This document shows positions 11,035-18,574 of a stretch of 18,574 bases of DNA, piece after piece. The translations under genes and the position numbers were made by a program. This stretch comes from Darwinula stevensoni (taxonomy: Eukaryota), in the NCBI GenBank assembly GCA_905338385.1, contig CAJPEV010003263.1, forward strand, positions 10,432-29,005, read 5' to 3'. Under the pieces are notes generated by a model. It saw nothing but the letters and a program-made list of their open reading frames with translations. It did not search any database and was not told the origin of the DNA. The first letter of the stretch is position 1, and each line of letters begins with the position of its first letter.

Positions 11035-13664
11035 TATAGCACCTCTGCATGGAGGCAAATCCTACCAGGTGAAAACTTGAAGGGAAGATTGCCATGGGAG
11101 TGACTATGGGGAAAGGAAAGCCCTTTATGGAATTCCACTAGCATGCTGAAGAGTTCCAGATGGCTCTATACTTCCTGAACTTATGGGGAACCTGTTACAG
11201 AAGCAGACTTATAATTGAGAATAAATACATTATGGAAAGGAATACTGAGATCAACATCTAAGATCAACTTCTGAAGTGAAAGAAAGATCAATTTTGACTT
11301 AAATATGTTCCTCATCATGTTTTTGATGTGAAAAGATAGATGCATCCATGCTTATTTTCTTGACCATTGCAATGGATGTTGTTATTCAGGGCTCAAAAAA
11401 TCACTAGAGAAACTGGTTGCCATTCAGCTAATATACTTGAAAATGGTCAATATCCAAGACTTGGTGCAAACTTAAAAAAAAGGACTGATTCAGACTAGTA
11501 CCATGATTTTTCTAAGTATGTTTTCTGGTACCTAGGACTTGCTCTGGACACTAGCTTTTATTTGTTTACAAGGCATGTCAAGACTATACAGCTGGGTTGA
11601 TCACCTCAGCATGTTCTGTTCATATTTTTGCAGCTCCTGAACTTCCTTTGTTAACATAATGAAACCTTCCAATATGTTGGAAATGTGTTCAGGTGCTGTT
11701 TCTGGCCAGACAAACTCATTGTAGTTGCTGGGCTTTGATTTTGTTCCGCTGATCAAGCCAAGTCCGAGTGTAATTTTAGACCCACTATAGGCAATCACAG
11801 ATTGACTTATCCAACCCATCTCAGATAAGTTTGCTATTTGAATCAAGGGGAAGAAGATTCATTTTCCACAACAAAGTAATGATACTCTTCCCATGTAAGA
11901 GTGGCAATTAGCCATAAAGACAGAGATGGGTGAGACCATAGACCATGGTCCCTGATGTCATGCTTCACAGCTTTGTCACAGCATGATGTAATCACTGTAT
12001 TAGTATGGCACTGCATATCGTATGAAATATAAGAAAGGGAAGTTTGTTGCATTGGAATTTCAAGTTGTAATGAATAAACTTTGAGGGACTGATATCTGGA
12101 AATGAAGGGGAAATACTGGGTTGACCAAATACCATGAAGTTATTGACTGGAAATTTATGGGTTTTGTCACATCCAACAAGTCCAAGTGAGTTTGCAAAAA
12201 TTGTTATGGAATTGGTCCTTGAGAACATGTGTACAGTCTACCCTCAACACACTGCCGAATGGTCTACTGTCACCCTCACTTACCACCAATGTCATTCCTG
12301 AGAGCAAATCTTCCCATAAGTTTATAATAAGCAATCCCCATTATAGTGCCACTCTTGCAAGCCACCATCTGTCTTGACCATCATTTGTACAAACATCATT
12401 TTATCCTCATAAATCCTCCTCAATTTTGCACCAAGTAGCACGTGCTGCAGCCATTTTCCAGTTCTGAATGTTTCTTACTGCCATCAGAGGTATGATTCAT
12501 TGCCATGGAATGGATAATGCATAGGACAAGTATTGAGAATCAAGAGGACAAAGGATGGCAAGATAAGCTACACATTCATTTGAACTTTCATTTATACAAT
12601 GTGACCTTCAGAGATTTCGGTATCATAGCTAATCGACTCATTCAATACAGTGCCACTTGCCTTATAGCACCAATATTGACAGTGACCAACAATGCCATTA
12701 TATCAAGGGTTGACTGTAGTGCTTTTTTTCTGAACAATGTCAAAATATCGACTCTGTTAGAGTGAAAACTTGGATACTTGCTTCACACATAATGAGCTTG
12801 GTCTACTCCAGTTCAGCTGAATAGGCAACTGCAGACAGATTCACATTTGAGATTGTGCAGGAAAAAGCTGGTATTCAGGTTCTGAAGGACAAGTTTTGTT
12901 TAAAATTTTATTAAAGCCAACCGCACATGTTGGATGTGACATCATGTAAATTTTTTGCCAGTACCTCATATGGTATTTTGTCTGCAGGTATGCACAGTTG
13001 AGAACTTGCATACTTGCAGAAGCCTTAGGATGATGATATGCCAAGTAGAAAATCCAGTCACTGCCTTGAGAACCTATCTGGTTTAGACACCCCATGAGAA
13101 ATATAGGTTGCATTTTATAATCTCATTTTTGTAGCCCTGTTGTTGAACACCAAAACTGCTTTATGATTTGCTTCTGGTCATGTTATGAAAAACTATATTG
13201 CTGCATGGAGGAAAGAAAGCAGAGTGAAGGATGCAATTTTCATAGACCTTCTGTTTACATAATATTTTTCAGCTGGGAAAAATCAGGAACCCAGTATGCT
13301 ATCTTGGGGAAAAGCTGACCATACAAGTGCAGCTGATGGTGAAAGTGATGATGGGAGAACAAATTACTCCTCACAAATTCAACTTCAAAATTTTCTCTTG
13401 ACTCTTCTGAGCTTCACTTAATAGCATTTCTATCAATAACAGATATCTGATACCAGTTGGTATTGATATACCCATGGAGATATTGACCTTCTCCAATATT
13501 CCTGTCATTTTTTCAAATGCAGTATGATGGTGTGCAAATTGGGCATTATGAAAATCAGATGCTGGTTTGATAAACTTATAATATAAATCCATCCACCAGA
13601 AAAGTATAAGGGAGTTATTTGAGTCATGCTGTGATGTGTGGTTTTTCTCTTTTGGTGGAAACAG

Positions 13665-13799
13665 GCTGAATCAGCAGCTGTGGAGTCATGTGGGCAGTCA
13701 ACAGCAGAGGCACGCAGTCGAGCTGATGCTGCTGCCATTGAAGCCAAAGCTGCTGTTGAGCAAGCCAAGCTTAAGGCTGAAGCTTCTGCTATTGAAGCT
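13665..13799 (+). CDS. MVP: MVP exon (alanine-rich coiled-coil region): AESAAVESCGQSTAEARSRADAAAIEAKAAVEQAKLKAEASAIEA
   Basis: Acceptor 'ggaaacag|gct', donor 'gaagct|gtaaga'. Matches human '[45 protein letters not shown]'. Confidence 0.8.
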
Positions 13800-14039
13800 G
13801 TAAGATCCTCTCTCTTCATCCCATACTCACCTTTGCCTCTACTAATTCCTTACTGGGAAGGCCTTTAGAGTGATATTTTTGGTAATGCCATTCAAGTAAA
13901 TAGGTCTCATTTCCCCCATGAGCCTCAGTGTGACTTTACTGTATTTTAAGAGAATCGTTCTTTTGGATATGCTCATAATTTGCAATGATGGCTAGTGAAT
14001 CCCTTGGAAAGTGTCACTGAAAAAAATTTTTGTGCAAAG

Positions 14040-14228
14040 GAATCGGAACTGGAGAGATTGATGAAAGCGAGACGCATTGAGCTGGATTATGTGAAGGAAC
14101 AGAATACCCTTGAGGTGCAGAAAGCAAAGGAATTGGCCTTGATCGATGTGGAGAAGTTCAAGGAGATGATGAGTGCCCTGGGACAGGAGACTCTGACTGC
14201 TCTTGCAAAAGCTGGACCACAACATCAG
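14040..14228 (+). CDS. MVP: MVP exon: ESELERLMKARRIELDYVKEQNTLEVQKAKELALIDVEKFKEMMSALGQETLTALAKAGPQHQ
   Basis: Acceptor 'tgtgcaaag|gaatcg'. Matches human '[63 protein letters not shown]'. No GT is available at the 3' end, so the only in-frame join uses the GC donor 'cag|gcatgc'. Confidence 0.75.
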
Positions 14229-14316
14229 GCATGCTCTCACATTTTATACTCTCCTCATTCTTTTCTTTCTATATCCAGTTTTTGAATCTTGGTAATTGGT
14301 TCTGGTGGTTTAACAG

Positions 14317-14448
14317 GTGGAGATGTTGAAGGCACTGGGTCTCCATTCTACATTGATCACAGATGGAAGGAATCCTATCAATCTTCTAAATACAGCTGAT
14401 GGCCTTCTTGGAGGAGTCTATTCCCGTTCCATCCCACCCATTCCCTAA
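14317..14448 (+). CDS. MVP: MVP terminal coding exon: [43 protein letters not shown]
   Basis: Acceptor 'ggtttaacag|gtggag'. Matches human '[32 protein letters not shown]'. The TAA stop is at 14446-14448. Confidence 0.8.
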   Translation: MEMLKALGLHSTLITDGRNPINLLNTADGLLGGVYSRSIPPIP

Positions 14449-16470
14449 TAATTTTTTTCTCCCCTTACTTTCTCTTCTTCTTGCCAAAAAATGAATAATT
14501 ATACATTTGTTAGTCTTTGCATTGTTTATTGCACTTTGATTTACTGGTCATCTTGTCATGTGGTTTATTGGTCATTACCAATTACCATCTCATTCCAGTT
14601 CTTGTAGTTTCCTGCACCTGTTTGATTTTGTTTCTCTGTTCAGTGAATATTGTTTGATTCATTTTATTTACTTAATTATGTTGATATAATGTATGTTTGT
14701 TTTTCAGTAGTCTATTGGAGGTGTCTCCAACCCATATATTAGCAGATTTGGAGTGATTAGAATGCATAAGAAATGAGGTGGTTGATTGTGATTTGGCTTT
14801 GATTCACCTGTGATAGTGTCATAACCACCAATGTGTGCCTTTCACCTATCCATCACTAACAGAAATGCTTTTGTCACAGTATTTTACCTTGCATTAAAGG
14901 AGTATAAGGAAAGGCCACAGAACCTTTGCAGTAAATTCTGGTTGTGGAATGCAGGAAACATAAATATTTGTGCTAGGTAGGTGCTTGAGGGAAGTTTATT
15001 GCATTACCAGAAGTTTTACCATATTGTTGAAGATTACATTTATTAATTTACCTTAGTGCACCATTGTTGGCAATTATCCCGATCACATGATTTTTCATCC
15101 AAAAGTAAATTATGATGATTTTTAAAATATAGTAATGCTTCTGCTGGGATCTCTCTGTGATCACTTCATTAGATAAGGCTTTTCAGATTGGAGGGGTATG
15201 ATCATGGCAGACTCCTATAATCCATAATGCAGGACTATTTTGTGTGAGCCCCAGTTCATTCTCCATCAGGAATCCACATCACTGCAACCAAGTTTGATTG
15301 CATTCTAAGTAATATTGTTTTCCTCATTGTCTCATGGCTAAGATTGGTCAGGTATCCAGCCCTGTCAGTTTTTGGTCATTGTGTCCTCCTTTTAGCTCTT
15401 GTTATGCTTGCCAGCAGTGGTGACATTTTTCCTTGTTCTACCATTCCCTACTTTCACAAGGAAAGACACTTCTTGGATTATGTATTTCCTACACTTTCCA
15501 TTGGAAGCCTCTGTGTGAAAGTCATTGCTATGTGATACCGTCTTGGAATGAATAATGTATCAAATGTGGCATCATCCTTTCCTCGAATGAAAACAGGTAA
15601 TAAATGTGAAAAGTTTGTTTTAGGAAGATGAGATCATGCCTTTTTGACTCATTTGAATTCTGTCCACACCCTTCTCATATTGATTTCATGTCTAATAGAA
15701 GAGATGTCCACAGTAGGTGTTACCTACATCCATTCCCTTTCCTGTTAGTGCAGAGATAGTTTGCTGGCGTGGAGGAAGAAGGACCTAGAAACCAAGAATC
15801 TACAATCTATGTCATGTGAAGGAAAAATTATTACTTATAACCATTCTGTGTGAATAGAGGGGAAATATTTGTTTTAAATCAGGAGATAGCTCTATAACTT
15901 TTATTTCATAGCATTCAATCCATCTAATAGGTCATGGTTTACATGTTCATATCATCCTGGTATATTGAGAGGGCCTTAGAGCTTGTTGAGGATGTAGCTG
16001 ATTGGATACCATGTACTAACATTTAATATAGAAAAGCCTTCATGGAGTGTAGATGTCAGCATGCAGAAAAACCTCTTATAGCAAATTAAAAAGTTCCCTA
16101 GCCATGAAAAAAAGGACCTGGTGATGAACTGCTAAGTTGGGATGGAGGGAGAGTGAATATGAAGTTCTGCAAAAAATTGCCAAGAGTAGGAATTTGCCTA
16201 TTTTCAGACTGAAGAATGATAACTGAATAATTGCCTTTTCACTTGAGAGCTGAGTCTCTCAGTTTCCTGGTGCAAAGTTGAACATTCCTCAATTCTCATT
16301 TTGAAGTCCAAGAAAAGGGCAAATTCTTTTCAAACTGAAATGTCTTGAAATTGCAAACTCACCATTTATCAGGTCTTGATGGGTGAGATAAGGGAGGAAT
16401 GCAGATAGCTTGCAACAGTCTTTCCAGGCAGTCAAAGACTCTAAAGGCTATGTTCATATTTTCCTTACAG

Positions 16471-16539
16471 GAACAGAAAGAGCTCAATAGCCTGAGGTAT
16501 CAGATGGCAGGGGTCATGGGAGAGCACATCATTACAAAA
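16471..16539 (+). other. Candidate orphan cassette exon (69 nt, one open frame: EQKELNSLRYQMAGVMGEHIITK)
   Basis: It is flanked by strong splice signals, 'ttttccttacag|GAACAG' and 'ACAAAAG|gtaatg'. The other two frames contain stops. I do not recognise any homology. Confidence 0.25.
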
Positions 16540-16968
16540 GTAATGAATCTAGTCCATTCACTAATATCCATAGTATCATGAAGCAAACTGATTTTTATGT
16601 ACCTGTCTGTCTTAGGTTGTAGAATTATGAAGAGAATGTTCAGATTTCCTAACAAGGATTTCCTTGCTTTTTCTCTTTCTACAACCCTTTGTGGTGTCAG
16701 TTGGCACTGGTGGCCTAATTGCTTGGTCTACCATTCCTTCTTTTTCAGGAAGGAAGCTCTGCTTATTTTCTGCAGATAGTATTTCCCCAAGGGACAACCC
16801 TTTCTAAGGATTTTGTGAACTCATGTAAAATGAGTTCACAAAATCTTTTAAATATCCTACTCTACTCCTCTGATATGTCGTGTAGATGAAAGGTACATGA
16901 AATATGTGATTGAAGAACTTCTAAAACTGGCACATGTGCTTCATTAGGGAATAGAAATGAACAATTTA

Positions 16969-17144
16969 CAGGGTGACCACAAAAAACACTACCAGTACAA
17001 TTTAATAATAACTCATTACTATTTCAAATGACATGTTCTTTGGTACACATTTGCTTCACATGATGCATGATAACTATGGAAAGTTTCAGATGGATATTTT
17101 TAGTGTCATTGATTTGATTGAGGCTAGAGCACATGCTCCAGATG
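16969..17144 (+). repeat. Left terminal inverted repeat of the deleted Tc1/mariner element
   Basis: It is the reverse complement of 17385-17563, with roughly 90% identity. There is an indel-rich patch near the outer end and near-perfect identity over the inner ~110 bp. Confidence 0.8.
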
Positions 17145-17179
17145 TTGGCACACTTGGATGCGACTTGATGTTTGAATGA

Positions 17180-17443
17180 GCACCACACCCACCAGATCTG
17201 TCACTGCCAGATTTCTATCTTTGGGGCTATCTTAAGGACAATATCTACCCAGGAAGGCCACAATCCATAGATGATCTCAAAACAGCAATAACTGACAAAA
17301 TCCGTTCAATCATTGCAGCCGAATGTCAGAGTAATAAACAATTTTGTCCGTCACATCCAAGTGTGCCCACAGCGCAGAGGCCGGCATCTGGAGCATGTGC
17401 TCTAACCTCAATAAAACCAATGACATTAAAGATATCCATCTGA
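17180..17443 (+). pseudogene. C-terminal fragment of a Tc1/mariner transposase
   Basis: Open frame: 'APHPPDLSLPDFYLWGYLKDNIYPGRPQSIDDLKTAITDKIRSIIAAECQSNKQFCPSHPSV...'. It has no start codon and no upstream catalytic domain. The 'SPDL(S/T)PxDF(F/Y)LWGYLK..(V/I)Y' block is the characteristic C-terminal motif of this transposase family. The equivalent block in the intronic copy is 'NFYLWGTLKGKVY'. Confidence 0.65.
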
Positions 17444-17563
17444 AACTTTCCATAGTTATCATGCATCATGTGAAACAAATGTGTACCAAAGAATGTGTCA
17501 TTTGAAATAAAATAAGGAGGGAATATCATATTGTATGGGTTCCATTTTTTTGTGGTCCTTCTG
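17385..17563 (-). repeat. Right terminal inverted repeat of the deleted Tc1/mariner element
   Basis: It is the reverse complement of 16969-17144. The minus-strand ORF 17326..17640 falls inside this arm and is spurious. Confidence 0.8.
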
Positions 17564-18060
17564 TACTTCTGAATCTGGAACAAGATGTGTCCCTTTTTGT
17601 CAATGGTTGCCATCATAGCTAAAACTACTTTGTAGGTCACTGGAAATGCACATTACATGTGCATGACATTTCCAAAGATGTTAAGAGTGATTTCATCAAA
17701 GATTTTAATTGGACTCATTGTCGATACCTTTCATTATCAATCTCATATTCTATTCCCTTTGCCTTAAGTTTTTCTTATTTTCGTGAATTAGAAGCTCAAC
17801 ACAACCCAGAAGTTACTTGAGATCAGTTCATGTCAATGGTTAAGGTCTTCTTGAAAAAGTTGGCTGATTTAACCAATAAAATGGGTGATAAAGGAGAGAA
17901 AATCCTAGCAGATGGAGAAACTTTCTTCTCACTAATCTTGTGAGTCAAAGGTTTCATCTGTACTCATGTAGGCCTCATATAAGGAAGAAGGATATAGCTA
18001 AAGCATTTCCTCCTTTTCCTATCCACAGGGCTCTTCTGTGTGAAAAAGGAAGAAAGTAAG

Positions 18061-18162
18061 ATGGATCCACTGTTCCTGGGTTTGAGTTGCTATCGTCGGA
18101 GGAAGCACAAGGAAGCTGCAGCCATATGCACCGAGATCTTGGAGAAAAATCCATATGATCAG
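18061..18162 (+). CDS. TTC8: First coding exon of a Bardet-Biedl syndrome 8 / TTC8-like TPR protein: MDPLFLGLSCYRRRKHKEAAAICTEILEKNPYDQ
   Basis: The ATG sits in a good Kozak context ('agtaagATGg'). The donor is 'gatcag|gtttgt'. The translation closely matches the human TTC8/BBS8 N-terminus 'MEPLLLAWSYFRRRKFQLCADLCTQMLEKSPYDQ' (recalled from memory). A strong acceptor 'tttcctatccacag|g' at 18028 suggests the exon begins at 18029 with 5'UTR, i.e. there is an upstream non-coding exon. Confidence 0.7.
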
Positions 18163-18574
18163 GTTTGTATGTCTTTAACCTCTTCTATCGCAGTCTGGGT
18201 GTTGGTGTTGATGCAGTGTGAAGTACAAAGCATCAATCTGAGCATGGAATATTAGGATGCCCTTGAGTTGAAGTTGATGAACCTGCTAGATATTGGCAAT
18301 CAGTTCAAATAGGAGTTGAAGGGAAACTGTCCTTAAGAGATGAGCACCCCATAACCTCAGAGAAGATTGAATTCCATGCTGTGTCTGACTTTATCCTGAT
18401 CTTAATTTTACATAATATGGGGTTTTTTCATGTGAGACTAGACCAACTTCATCTCTTAAGGCATCCAATTGATGTCAGTCAGCAAAATGGCTTCTTTCCA
18501 TAGGGTTAAACTACCATCCTTCCTATTTAGAGAGAGAAAATTGAAGCTAAAATTAGTCCAGGCTATCATGAACT

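Larger units (their letters stand above)
16969..17563 (+). mobile_element. Internally deleted, non-autonomous Tc1/mariner derivative with long terminal inverted repeats (595 bp)
   Basis: It is flanked by TA (16967-16968 and 17564-17565). Its termini 'CAGGGTGACCACAAAAAAC...' and '...TTTTTTTGTGGTCCTTCTG' resemble those of the 9782 element. The ~176-bp arms are about 90% identical inverted repeats, both ending at 'GAGCACATGCTCCAGATG'. The internal 240 bp encode a transposase C-terminal fragment. Confidence 0.8.

Noticed and set aside
13505-13819. 104-aa alanine-rich minus-strand ORF
   Set aside because: It is the antisense translation of the alanine-rich MVP coiled-coil exon (GCN codons read in reverse still give Ala/Ser-rich text), which is a known artefact type.
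17326-17640. 104-aa minus-strand ORF
   Set aside because: It lies inside the right terminal inverted repeat of the deleted transposon and mirrors non-coding left-arm sequence.
1-18574. Prokaryotic-style features (operons, CRISPR arrays, RBS, rho-independent terminators)
   Set aside because: The sequence is clearly eukaryotic. It has spliced exons with GT-AG introns, an AT-rich non-coding majority and eukaryotic transposons. No direct-repeat/spacer array is present.

Overview
This window is eukaryotic (metazoan, probably invertebrate) genomic DNA: AT-rich introns with GT-AG boundaries and short conserved exons. I found no prokaryotic operon, CRISPR or rRNA structure. Most of the window (about 1620 to 14448, + strand) is the 3' two-thirds of a major vault protein (MVP) gene. 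Twelve exons translate colinearly with human MVP, from '[11 protein letters not shown]...GEEWLV' through the alanine-rich coiled-coil region to a stop codon. The window begins inside an MVP intron, and the N-terminal exons lie upstream of it. One MVP intron (14229-14316) appears to use a GC-AG boundary. The 4.3-kb intron between exons 9 and 10 carries a 1.25-kb Tc1/mariner-superfamily DNA transposon (9782-11034). It is flanked by TA, has short imperfect terminal inverted repeats, and its transposase is broken by stop codons and a frameshift. A second copy of the same family lies downstream of MVP (16969-17563). It is internally deleted, has ~176-bp terminal inverted repeats and TA flanks, and keeps only a C-terminal transposase fragment. 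At 18061 on the + strand is the first coding exon of a TTC8/BBS8-like ciliary TPR gene ('MDPLFLGLSCYRRRKHKEAAAICTEILEKNPYDQ'), so MVP and BBS8 sit head-to-tail on the same strand. Other structure: a ~510-bp foldback inverted repeat inside an MVP intron, with adjacent G14 and C13 homopolymers; a duplicated palindromic CRE-like 14-mer; and an orphan exon-like segment between the two genes. All protein identifications rest on my recollection of family sequences, not on database searches.
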